DNA of 59,831 nucleotides, filler included. It is 10 parts of 10 records of this genome, joined end to end, with 100 filler letters (N's around TTAATTAATTAA, not from the genome) between each part and the next. Parts side by side here need not be neighbours in the genome. Positions count along the whole stretch, not along the records: positions 1 to 5,107 come from SRR31156797_121115; positions 5,208 to 11,897 come from SRR31156797_121318; 8 more parts are not named here. One strand, given 5' to 3'. The notes beneath the pieces were generated by a model, which saw only the letters and a program-made list of their open reading frames with translations, had not been told where the DNA came from and did not search any database. Positions 1 to 9,450 of the stretch are shown one piece after another. Within the stretch, counting starts at the first letter, position 1. Every line of letters begins with the position of its first letter. The position numbers were made by a program, and so were the translations under genes.

Positions 1-103
1 AAAATAGGACCCCAAAACGCGACAAGAGCCAAAATAAATTATAGAAATCTCTTACATTGTATTTTACGAATATAAAAAATTTCTTTGATAGTGTTCCTGT
101 TTT

Positions 104-2710
104 CTAAAAGAGTGCTTCCCTTAACAGTCGGGCCTCATGCCGTAAGGGGTTGGCTTTTTCAAGGTCCATTAACAGGCCCCGGGCTGCTTCAGGATTTTCC
201 TGAAAAAGGTGCTTTGCCATGACAAGAAGAGGGGTGTATGCAGCGCCGAAATCAGGGCTTTTTCGGACAATAGAAAGAAGCGGCTTCCTGACCTGTTCGA
301 GCATTCTCTTCACATCACCTGTTTGCTGAATACCGACACCGGCTTTCAAAAACATGTTTCGCGCTTCCCAGAACGCATATAGTCGGTCAGCCATCTCTTT
401 TTCTGTTTTGTTCTGACCTGACTGCAGGTGAATTATCTGCGACGGGATAGGATGGAAAGCGTCCAACAGTTCGAGCAGACGAACATGGGCCGGCTCATTG
501 TTTGCGTAGGCAAACCCGGGAGCCTTGAACATCACAACCGGTTTATCATCCGTATTCAAGGAACCCGGCCCGGCAAAGGAAGCCAGCTCTTCATCCCCCG
601 AAATAAAACTTCCAAACAGATCATACGGATTACCAAGCCTTATAGAAGCCAGCCTTTTTGCAAGTGCCGGGATGTCTGCTCTTTTTTCCAGATAATCAAC
701 GGGATACGAATCTGGACTATCTAATTTTCCGACCAGCCCGATGATCGGGGTCGGAAGGCTGTAGGTTGCCAGGAAAGCGTTTCCTTCAGGGAAAACATAG
801 AGAAAGGTCCTAATGATATCGCGCAGCACCTCAAGATCCATCTGGTATAACGGCAGCCACTGACAGAACAATCCGCCAGGATTCAAAAGGGCTCGGATGG
901 CATTAAAATGCTCAACCGTATACAAAAATCCAGCACCGTCCCTTGCAGGATGAAACAGGTCTGCAACAATAACATCAAAATTTTGTCGGCTGGTGTTTAC
1001 AAACCGCCTGGCATCGGCCACATGTATTTTTAAATGGTTCTGCCTGTCAATCGTCCCTGTGGCTTTTTCAAAAAACGGAAGGACCTCCACTACCTCTGGT
1101 ACCAGTTCGACACCATGGGTTTCAAGATCAGGATAGTCGGCACCTGCAGCAAAGGTAGCCCCGGTTCCAAGTCCTAGAAAAAGGGCCTTCTCCGGTTTCG
1201 GGTGCAGCAGCAGAGGGATGTGCCCCTGGCGCCGGTCCGATATAACTGAGGCAGTGCCTCCCATCAAAAATTTGTTGTTGACCTTCAGGTGGTAGTGACC
1301 TCGCTGGTCTTCGATCACACTGACTGAAGCCATGACTCCTTCGATATGTTCAGCGATTCTGCCGCTCGGCGGCAGCGATATGAAATTAAAATTTTTCTGC
1401 TGGATCACCATGAAGACTGCCAGGCAGATCATTGCGACTGTGGGAATAAGATGGCGGGCGCGATGGGACGGCACCAGGAAAAGATAGCCTACAGAAGCAG
1501 CTATCAGGCTCATTTTGGCTCCGATCAAAGGGACCAGGAAAACCCCGAAAACAAGTGGGGAAAAAGCCGCCCCCAGAGTATTCACAGCGAGCGAACGGCC
1601 CACACCGCCTGAAATTTTGCGGGACGCCTGCGCCAGATGACTAAAAATAGCACCCATCAGCAAGGTGGGTAGGAAAAAAATGGTTGCTGCAAGGCAGATT
1701 TCCCCGGTGACAGCCCCTGAAACACCTCCGCCAGCCAGACGGCTCATGGACAGAAATACAGGTTCAGCCCAGGGCAAAATTGCAATTCCGATCAGGCAGC
1801 AGAAAACAAGAATCAGCAGAAGATAGGTCAAGAAAGATTCAAATTCTTTACCCGATGAGATCCTTTGATAGACAGCTGCTCCGACAGCAGTACCGATCAG
1901 GTAAACTGACAGAAGGCTGGCAAAACTGTAAACGGTATTTTCCAATACCTGGCTGACGGTCCGCATCACCAACACCTCATACCCGATACCTAAAAAACCG
2001 GTAAGAAAAAGTGTGATTATTAGGCGTTGAGGGCTGGAAGCTGTCAGATTCACATCAGGCACCTTATGCCGCTGGTTTTCTGCCCTGGCAGGCCCAAGGA
2101 TCACCGCTATGGCGCACAGAAAATTAACCATAGCCAGTATGGCGGCTGTGGTTTTAAAACCGATGGCAGGTGCCAGTAAAAAGGTGGTCATCAGAATGCC
2201 GGCAACTGCCCCGAATGTATTGGCTGAATAGAGGCCTCCAACTGACCAGCCATCCTGGCGTAGCCGTGAAAAAAGCCGTTCCATGGCCGGCAGGGTAGCG
2301 CCCATGCAGAACGTGGCCGGCAGCAGTAGAAAAAAAGGCATCAGAAATGCCAAAGTCCAGTGGCGGAACAGACCAGGGTCTATACTGATAAGCGAGGCCG
2401 ACAGTTTGTTGGCAGGAGGAATTAAAAAAAGCAGACCAAAAGACCAGAGACCGACTCCGGTTTCCAGAACAGCGTACCATCTGCCAGGTCTATTGCTTTG
2501 GCTGACAACACCGTCCAGGCACCAGGCACCGATGGACATCCCGCAGAAAAAAGCCGCCACCACCGCCAAGACGGAAACAATCTCATGGCCCAGCCCGATG
2601 GCGAGCATTCTTGTCCAGACTATTTCATATCCCAGGCCGGCAAACCCGGAACAGAAAAGTACAGCATACAAAAACCAGCTCTGGAATTTAATGCTTTTCA
2701 ATTTCTGCAA
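104..2710 (-). CDS. Fused multi-TM (MFS-like) / spermidine synthase-like SAM-binding protein
   Basis: 868 aa ORF. The N-terminal ~440 aa are hydrophobic with an internally repeated module (SGFAGLGYEIVW..NTFGAVAG / TGFLGIGYEVLV..NTLGAAFS). The C-terminal domain has LFLGLGTGAT, VELVPEV, VADARRF, FDVIVADLFHP, GGLFCQWLP. TTG start uncertain. Confidence 0.85.
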   Translation of the reverse strand: MQKLKSIKFQSWFLYAVLFCSGFAGLGYEIVWTRMLAIGLGHEIVSVLAVVAAFFCGMSIGAWCLDGVVSQSNRPGRWYAVLETGVGLWSFGLLFLIPPANKLSASLISIDPGLFRHWTLAFLMPFFLLLPATFCMGATLPAMERLFSRLRQDGWSVGGLYSANTFGAVAGILMTTFLLAPAIGFKTTAAILAMVNFLCAIAVILGPARAENQRHKVPDVNLTASSPQRLIITLFLTGFLGIGYEVLVMRTVSQVLENTVYSFASLLSVYLIGTAVGAAVYQRISSGKEFESFLTYLLLILVFCCLIGIAILPWAEPVFLSMSRLAGGGVSGAVTGEICLAATIFFLPTLLMGAIFSHLAQASRKISGGVGRSLAVNTLGAAFSPLVFGVFLVPLIGAKMSLIAASVGYLFLVPSHRARHLIPTVAMICLAVFMVIQQKNFNFISLPPSGRIAEHIEGVMASVSVIEDQRGHYHLKVNNKFLMGGTASVISDRRQGHIPLLLHPKPEKALFLGLGTGATFAAGADYPDLETHGVELVPEVVEVLPFFEKATGTIDRQNHLKIHVADARRFVNTSRQNFDVIVADLFHPARDGAGFLYTVEHFNAIRALLNPGGLFCQWLPLYQMDLEVLRDIIRTFLYVFPEGNAFLATYSLPTPIIGLVGKLDSPDSYPVDYLEKRADIPALAKRLASIRLGNPYDLFGSFISGDEELASFAGPGSLNTDDKPVVMFKAPGFAYANNEPAHVRLLELLDAFHPIPSQIIHLQSGQNKTEKEMADRLYAFWEARNMFLKAGVGIQQTGDVKRMLEQVRKPLLSIVRKSPDFGAAYTPLLVMAKHLFQENPEAARGLLMDLEKANPLRHEARLLREALF

Positions 2711-2740
2711 TCGCTCAAATCAATCCTTATAAAGCAATAT

Positions 2741-2767
2741 TAAGGGGGCACGTAATGCGCCCCCTTA
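2741..2767 (-). terminator. Intergenic hairpin (terminator or mRNA stabiliser) after the PHP gene
   Basis: TAAGGGGGC (2741-2749) pairs with GCCCCCTTA (2759-2767); U-tract weak. Confidence 0.5.
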
Positions 2768-2809
2768 GGCTAACCTAATTTTGGCAGAAGTCAATCCTGC
2801 ATCAGGCGA

Positions 2810-4579
2810 TTAATCGACCATCACAAAAATAGGGTTGGAAGTGAACCACAGATCTGACCATGCCTCTGCATCATTAGTCAACACACCGTTGCAATGGGCA
2901 GGACAGTCAGAACAGAGAATATTGCCAGCCATGGAGTCTGCCAGCGGGTTGCCGTCAGCATCTGTTTCATTCGGGGTGTCGAGCGGCATGTTGGTGCCGC
3001 GCAGGCGAAAGTACATGCTCTTGTCAGCTTTGAACTGATACACATAAGTCATGTAACCGTTTTTGTTAACGCCGCCGTTGCGCTCAAAACGGGCGATCAC
3101 ACCGGCAGTCGGGTTAGTCGGATTTGTGTATTCAGGATCTTCAGGATTAATTTTACCGGTCACGTCACCGGCAATCATGTCAATGTGATCCAGCACCGGT
3201 TCGTTGATCGGCTGGGAGATGCCAACCTGGGCGAGAGACGGATTGTCAAAAGTATAGAGGCAGTTGTTGGCACCCTGGGGGTCACGAACCTTGATTTTGA
3301 TTTTAACCTTGTCACCTGATTTTACATACAGTGTCTGGCCCATGGTGGCTTTGTCTTTTTTTGACTGAGCAGTAAATTCAAGCTCTTCAATCAGGTCACC
3401 CTGAACTACATAGCTGTTACCGCTGCGCAGACCGTCGATAACATCCTGAGCAGTCGGGTTGTCTGCATTTTCTATGTACACGTAATCTTTCTGGAATTCG
3501 CCCGGCCAGAAATCATTGCTGGTTCTGTGGTCAGCGGTGCCGAAAGAACCTCGGTTATGATAGTCGGAGCTGGCAAAGTACCACCAGTTACGGCCTTCGC
3601 CCAGCAGCGCATCCCACATGCCGCCGACTGTAGCACTATAATAACCCTGACCGCCATAGGTGCCGCCGAAAGCGCCGCTGCCGAAACCGCCGCGGCTGCC
3701 GCTGGCCTGATGACCGGGTTCACCTTCCCATCCAAAAGATACATTAGGGCCGGCATTGTTGAAATCACGGAAATGCTCAACATTGTAACCGGTGCTGTAA
3801 GCTTTGTCAGGATTGAAAGCCCCTTTACGTTCGATATGTGCCCACACAACATAACTGGTTGTAGGGTAGTTTTCCTGCAGCCACTTTACTGAAGCAACCG
3901 CTTTGTCGTGCATGATGTAACCGGCTCCGGGACCGTTGGGGATATTGGCAATTTTACCTGCCCATCCCTGCTCGCCTTCACTCATGTCATTATCTTTGTA
4001 ATCAAAAAGATACTCGAACTGGCCTAGCGCATTGGCGTTACCATCGTCAAACTGTCCGGCAATATTGCCGTGGGAGCAGTGCTCGTGACCTGGGACCTGG
4101 TACTCATATCCCTGGGCAATCATCTTATCGTAATCATAAGCCTTTTGGTTTGCATGCGGGTATGCAAATTCTGTCAAACTCTGCCAGCGCCACATTCCTT
4201 GCTTGCCGCAATAAGAGGTGCCTGCATAATCCCCTTTAATATTGGCACTTCCAACTGTGCCTTCCCAGGAAATATCCATGCCGGTGTCATTGCCGTCACC
4301 GTCATCTTCTATACAGTTGTAGTTCCGGTCAGTATAGCGGCCATCGCGGCTCCATTTTCCACCATGCCCGGACTGGATAAACCAGTCAAGATCATAAGTG
4401 CCGACTGACTCATCAATAAGTTTGTCAATCGAAGTTGTTCCATCAGTAAAGGCAGTGTGATTGTGGAAATCACCTGTTAAGTATCTGCCTTCAGCACCAA
4501 CTGTATTGGCACCAGCAAAGCATATGGTTGCTGCCGCTGCCGCAGTGACTGCAAAGGTTTTAAATGATTTTTTTAACAT
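2810..4579 (-). CDS. Secreted PHP-family metallophosphoesterase-like protein
   Basis: 589 aa; signal peptide (MLKKSFK..ANTVGA); PHP-like metal motifs GDFHNHT..DG, GYE..PGHEH, WAH, SSDYH. Confidence 0.7.
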   Translation of the reverse strand: MLKKSFKTFAVTAAAAATICFAGANTVGAEGRYLTGDFHNHTAFTDGTTSIDKLIDESVGTYDLDWFIQSGHGGKWSRDGRYTDRNYNCIEDDGDGNDTGMDISWEGTVGSANIKGDYAGTSYCGKQGMWRWQSLTEFAYPHANQKAYDYDKMIAQGYEYQVPGHEHCSHGNIAGQFDDGNANALGQFEYLFDYKDNDMSEGEQGWAGKIANIPNGPGAGYIMHDKAVASVKWLQENYPTTSYVVWAHIERKGAFNPDKAYSTGYNVEHFRDFNNAGPNVSFGWEGEPGHQASGSRGGFGSGAFGGTYGGQGYYSATVGGMWDALLGEGRNWWYFASSDYHNRGSFGTADHRTSNDFWPGEFQKDYVYIENADNPTAQDVIDGLRSGNSYVVQGDLIEELEFTAQSKKDKATMGQTLYVKSGDKVKIKIKVRDPQGANNCLYTFDNPSLAQVGISQPINEPVLDHIDMIAGDVTGKINPEDPEYTNPTNPTAGVIARFERNGGVNKNGYMTYVYQFKADKSMYFRLRGTNMPLDTPNETDADGNPLADSMAGNILCSDCPAHCNGVLTNDAEAWSDLWFTSNPIFVMVD

Positions 4580-5107
4580 GATACAAACTTTTCCTTTTTT
4601 AAAATTGAATTTAGCGCTCTCTTAATTGACCATGCGTCAATAAATTGTTCCAGTATAAAGCTGTAGAGACAGCAGACAGACCTTGTTATTTTTTGTTTTA
4701 ATTTTACTGGATGCAGCCAACTCGATATCATGGATCAGAACCTGGCCACCATTCCCTTTTTTAAATCAAGACTCTTAATGTTGCCCCATTAAGACGTTTT
4801 TTCTACTGGATTTTTTAAAGACTGTTCTGAACTGATTGGAGATATATCAAGGGCTTATTAGGAAAAAATCAAAAAAAAAATAGCGTTTGATTAATGTTTC
4901 GTTGCAACAATATGCGAGAAATATTAGGGTTTTCTCCTCGAAACAAAAAAAAGAAATATTAACAATAAGTTATTGTAATCATAATAACAAATAAGCATCA
5001 AAATTGTTACTTTTTTTGCCTAAAAACCAACAGAACCTTTTTTCAGGGATTTTGAGATCTATGAAAAAGAATAAACCAATTAATGACTATAACCAGACAG
5101 AGGACTG

Positions 5108-5207
5108 NNNNNNNNNNNNNNNNNNNNNNNNNNNNNNNNNNNNNNNNNNNNTTAATTAATTAANNNNNNNNNNNNNNNNNNNNNNNNNNNNNNNNNNNNN
5201 NNNNNNN
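5108..5207. other. Artificial contig-joining spacer; identical ones at 11898-11997, 17071-17170, 23902-24001, 29675-29774, 35373-35472, 40960-41059, 46088-46187, 53882-53981
   Basis: N44-TTAATTAATTAA-N44 (stops in all six frames); genes are truncated at the edges and base composition shifts across spacers. Confidence 0.98.
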
Positions 5208-7040
5208 GGCAATGGCAAGAACGAACAAACCCACCCCGCCGGCATCCGCCAGTTGGGTGGGATACAGCAGGAACGCGGCCGAAAGGGCCAGCAACGCCCG
5301 CAACGCCCAATTCAGGCGGATGATCATGTAGCCTTCGATGGCCGAGGCCAGCGAGACGAGGCCGACCGCCATGATGGTAAAAACATAGAGAATTTCCGTG
5401 AAGTCGCCCTGGATGAAGATGGCCGGCCGGTAAACGAAATAGAACGGCAGGATGAAGGCCGAAACGCCGAGCTTGGTCGACGAGAATGCGGTCTTCATCA
5501 TGTTCGACCCGGCCACCGCGGCACCGGCGTACGAAGCCAGCGCCACCGGCGGCGTGATCGCCGAAACGCAGGCAAACACCATGACGAACATGTGGGCCGA
5601 CAACATCGGCAGTCCCAACTTGACCAGGGCCGGCGCCGCCAGGGCACCGACGATCACATAGGCCGCCGCCGTCGGCAATCCCATGCCCAGGATCAGGGAA
5701 GTGAGGGCGGTCACGATCAACGCCAGGAACAGGGAGTGCCCGGCCGTCGCCATGACCAGACTGACGAACTTGAAACCGAAGCCGGTCGCCACGATCAAAC
5801 CCATGATCATGCCGGCGATCGCGCAGGCGGCGACGATGCTGAGAACGTTGCGGGCGCCGTTTTCGAAAGCCTTGATGTAGTCCATCGGCTTCAGACGCGA
5901 TTCTTTCGAAAACCCGGCGACGATGGGGATCGAGACGATCGACCAGAAAGCCGCCAGGAATGGCGTGTAGTTGAGGATCAGCATGGTCAGCAGGACGAAG
6001 ATGGGAATGCACAAATGCCCCTTCGTCAGCAGGACCTCGCGCAGCGGCTTGATGTCCTCGGGCTCGGACGGCTTAAGCCCGAGCTTCAGCGCTTCTTCGT
6101 GGATCACCACGAACATAATGCCGAAATAAAGGACCGCCGGCAGGATCGCCGCCGTACAGATCGTGACGTACGGGATCTCGGTCATTTCGCTCATAATGAA
6201 GGCGGCTGCGCCCATGATCGGCGGCGTGAACTGGCCACCGCAGGAGGCCGCCGCCTCGACGGCTCCGGCGAAGTGGCGTTTCATGCCGCTTTTGATCATC
6301 GCCGGAATGGTGAAGGAACCGGTGGCAAATACGTTTGCCGTCGAACTGCCGGCAATCATCCCGAAAAAAGCGCTGGAGATTACGCTGACCTTGGCCTGAC
6401 CGCCCCGCGCCCGTCCCGTCAGGGCGGTCGCGAATTCGCCGAAAAAGCTGCCGATTCCGGAAATGGTCAGGAAGGCGCCGAACAGGATAAAGAGATAAAT
6501 GAAATTGGCACTGACCCCCAGCGGCCCGCCGAAAATGCCGTTGGTGCTGAGATACATGATGTCGATCAGGCCTTCGAAATTGACCGGCGGATGCCGGAAC
6601 AGGCCCGGCACCATGTGGCCCCAAAGGCCGTAAACCAGGAACAACAGGGCGATGACCAACATCGGCATGCCGACGGCCCGCCGCGTCGCCTCGAGAACGA
6701 GGAACACAAGCGTTAGCCCGAGAACCAAATCGGCTTGGCGGAGCGGATCCACATAATTGATGCGGTTCAGGATATAGTCCTGGGAGAACAGAATATATCC
6801 GACGCAAACCAGCGATACGGCGGCAAGCAGATAATCGAGCGGATTGACCCGCGCCGTTCCGTCTTCCTTCTTCGTCATCGGGTAGTACAGGAACAACAGC
6901 GGCAGGGCGAAACCCAGATGGACGGATCGTTGGGTCAGGCCCTCGAAGCTTCCGAATGCGGCCGTGTAGAGGTGGAATGCCCCCATTGCCACGGAATAGG
7001 TTACGACGGCGATCTTGTGCGGGGTGTCGAGAGTGCGCAT
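5208..7040 (-). CDS. TRAP transporter 4TM/12TM fused permease (TAXI type), 3' truncated
   Basis: Highly hydrophobic; motifs LEATRR, GSFTIPAM, AVEAAASCGGQFTPPIMGAAAFIM, LGMGLPTAAAY, SAITPPVALAS. Confidence 0.93.
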
Positions 7041-7048
7041 GGAAGATT

Positions 7049-7074
7049 GGGCCCCGTCCTTGCGAACGGGGCCC
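7049..7074 (-). other. Intercistronic hairpin between TAXI binding protein and permease
   Basis: GGGCCCCGT / ACGGGGCCC 9-bp stem with no U-tract; position typical of an mRNA-stabilising stem after a binding-protein gene. Confidence 0.55.
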
Positions 7075-7092
7075 CCCAGTTAGCCGTCGGAT

Positions 7093-8097
7093 TTATTTCA
7101 TGTAGCCTTTTTCGCGGTAATATTTCTCGGCACCCGGATGAAGCGGATAGCCGGTTCCCTTCCAGGCGGTTTTCGGATCGAACTTCTTGAAAGCGGGCGA
7201 GCCTTTGATGATCTCGTCGCGGTTCTCGTCGAGGGCTTTCAGGAAGGTATAGACGACCTCGTCCGGAACACTGGCGTTGGTTGCCAGACCGACCGGCACT
7301 TCGATGGTCTTGAGTTCTTCGGTCATGCCCGGGAATGTGTCCTTGGGCATGGTCACGGTCTTGATGCCGAATTTCTTGTCCAGCGTTTCCAGAACGTCGT
7401 CGTCGATGGAGAGGAAACGCATATCCACCGTTTTGGTCAGTTCGGTTACCTGCGGGTGACGCGGCGTCGCATTGAGGACCCATCCCGTCGCGTGCCCGTC
7501 CTTGATCAGGTTGACCGCTTCGCCATGGCCGCCGACGATCTTGTAGTTACCGCCCCAGCCGACGAGATCGCCAAGCAATTCCTTCTTGTCGCGATCACCC
7601 CAGCCGTATTCGTGCAGGAAAATCCGAGCCATCGCGCCGCCGCCGTCAGACGACGGTTTCCGCGTCGCCAGGACGAAGGGCATCTTCTTTTCCTTGATCT
7701 CACGAAGCGACGTGATCCCGGAATCGGCACGCACCAGGAAGGTGATGAAATTGGTTTGCGTCATCGCGATGCCGCGGATATTCGGTGCCGCACGCCCCAG
7801 GGGACCGCCGCCGCTGTTCATCCATCCGGCCCAGCAGGTCTGGGCATAGCCGATGTCGGCCTTGCCCATGCTGAGGACATGGACGTTGGATATCCCGCCA
7901 CCGGGAACGACGGTAACGTTGGAGCCTTCGGGCAAGGCTTTCTTGATCGCCTCGACGATGACGCCGGCCTGGGTATACCAGCCACCGCCGATCCCGCCCG
8001 CGGTCAAGGTGATATTGAGCGGTTCACCGGCGTTGGACGCGCCGGGTAGCGCCATAGCCGCGGCGACCGTCGCCGCAAGAATAAATTTCCTAATCAT
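7093..8097 (-). CDS. TAXI-family TRAP solute-binding protein
   Basis: Signal peptide; TAGGIGGGWY, GGGISNV, ADIGYAQ, PLHPGAEKYYREKG; AGGAGG RBS. Confidence 0.92.
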   Translation of the reverse strand: MIRKFILAATVAAAMALPGASNAGEPLNITLTAGGIGGGWYTQAGVIVEAIKKALPEGSNVTVVPGGGISNVHVLSMGKADIGYAQTCWAGWMNSGGGPLGRAAPNIRGIAMTQTNFITFLVRADSGITSLREIKEKKMPFVLATRKPSSDGGGAMARIFLHEYGWGDRDKKELLGDLVGWGGNYKIVGGHGEAVNLIKDGHATGWVLNATPRHPQVTELTKTVDMRFLSIDDDVLETLDKKFGIKTVTMPKDTFPGMTEELKTIEVPVGLATNASVPDEVVYTFLKALDENRDEIIKGSPAFKKFDPKTAWKGTGYPLHPGAEKYYREKGYMK

Positions 8098-8162
8098 GAC
8101 GTCCTCCTTTCTGTCTGTATTTGTGTTGTCTTAAATATTTCCGACAACTTTTCGTTTTTTTA

Positions 8163-8837
8163 TTATTGAGGCGACTCTCCGGACTCCATTTCCTCGATCA
8201 ATATTTTCTCGACGCGATCAAGATTATCGATGACGAGCCGGCCGGCCGCGCTGATGTCACGGGCCCTGAAACACTTCACGAGGTCGCGGTGATAGGCGTA
8301 CGACTGTTCCAGCCGCTCGCCCTTGGTGATGACCTTGTACCGAAGGAGACGAATTTTTTTCGCCAGGGAATCGACGAATTTCGTCAGATGATCGTTTGCC
8401 GCGACCAACAGAATGTAGTTGTGAAATTGGACGTCCAAGGCCCAATACTTCTCGAAATCCCGTCTGTTTTTCTGCTTTTCCATATCGACCAAAAGCGTTT
8501 CGAGCACTTGCAGTTGGTCGTCCCGGGCCTTTTGAATGACGAGATCTGAAACCAGATGCTCCATATGCTTGCGCACGACGAACAAGTCACGGATGTCGTT
8601 CGCAGAGAAGTCGGCAATGTAGATGCCCTTCCGATGGATGTTGTAGACCAGACCGTCCGTTTCGAGACTCATCAGGGCCTCGCGGACAATCGTCATGCTG
8701 ACGTCCAGGGCGTGCGACAGGGCAAGCTGGTTGACCTTTTCGCCGGGCTTAAGCACGCCATCGAGGATCTGACGCTCGATGATTTCGCGGATCACATCCG
8801 ATGTGCTGGTCCGTTTGGGCATATTTACGATGGTCAT
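8163..8837 (-). CDS. GntR-family (FCD domain) transcriptional regulator
   Basis: N-terminal wHTH (ILDGVLKPGEKV..VSMTIVREAL..L..DGLV) and FCD motif LDVQFH; ATG 8837 chosen for its AAGGA RBS. Confidence 0.9.
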   Translation of the reverse strand: MTIVNMPKRTSTSDVIREIIERQILDGVLKPGEKVNQLALSHALDVSMTIVREALMSLETDGLVYNIHRKGIYIADFSANDIRDLFVVRKHMEHLVSDLVIQKARDDQLQVLETLLVDMEKQKNRRDFEKYWALDVQFHNYILLVAANDHLTKFVDSLAKKIRLLRYKVITKGERLEQSYAYHRDLVKCFRARDISAAGRLVIDNLDRVEKILIEEMESGESPQ

Positions 8838-8851
8838 TTTCAGTCCTTTCG

Positions 8852-9442
8852 TCAGCACCAGTTGCGCTGAATGAATTCCATTTGGAAGGCGAACTCGGCG
8901 CGATCGGCAAGATCGAACGCCGCCGGCAGGGTTTCTCCGAGGGCGATGATGCCGTGCCGCTCCATGAGGAAAAAAGACGTCTCCGGGTGTGTCTCGATCG
9001 CTTCGATCACCAGGTCGCGCAATTTATCCGATCCGGCCGGGGCCGCCGGAATGACGATGAGGTCCCGGAAGAGATGGCGGAAATACCCCATAAGGGGCGG
9101 TTTCGGGTCGACCGATGCCAGCACGATGGCGTATGGCGGATGGAAATGACAGATACCGCCGACGTCCGGCCGTCTTGCATAGATCGCGGCGTGAAAACCC
9201 GTCTCTTGCGATGGCCGGCTGCCTTCCGGAGAATCGAGCACGGTTTCGTCGCCGGCGACCTTCAAGACACCGTCCGGGGCAACGTCCTTCAGAAAGCAGC
9301 CGCCGGCCGAAATCAGAAAGCTGTCCGTTCCGGGAATGAGAACACTCGCATTGCCGCCGGTACCGCAGGTGAACCCGCGCCGATAGGCCAAGCGGGAGAA
9401 TTCGGCCAATTGATCTCGGCACTGTTTTTCTTCTGCCTTCAT
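8852..9442 (-). CDS. Class II aldolase/adducin family protein (copy A)
   Basis: GGNAS, PSQE..FH..IY, HFHPPY, RHG motifs; ATG 9442 preceded by GAGGA. Confidence 0.88.
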   Translation of the reverse strand: MKAEEKQCRDQLAEFSRLAYRRGFTCGTGGNASVLIPGTDSFLISAGGCFLKDVAPDGVLKVAGDETVLDSPEGSRPSQETGFHAAIYARRPDVGGICHFHPPYAIVLASVDPKPPLMGYFRHLFRDLIVIPAAPAGSDKLRDLVIEAIETHPETSFFLMERHGIIALGETLPAAFDLADRAEFAFQMEFIQRNWC

Positions 9443-9450
9443 CGTATTCC

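Noticed and set aside
4625-4976. Short palindromes upstream of the PHP gene (ATTGAC-N5-GTCAAT, CTTAATG-N6-CATTAAG, ACAATAA-G-TTATTGT)
   Set aside because: Expected by chance in AT-rich DNA; spacing does not match the FNR TTGAT-N4-ATCAA site.
5152-5163. Recurrent TTAATTAATTAA palindrome as a repeat or CRISPR-like element
   Set aside because: Always centred in N-runs at contig junctions; an artificial six-frame stop linker.
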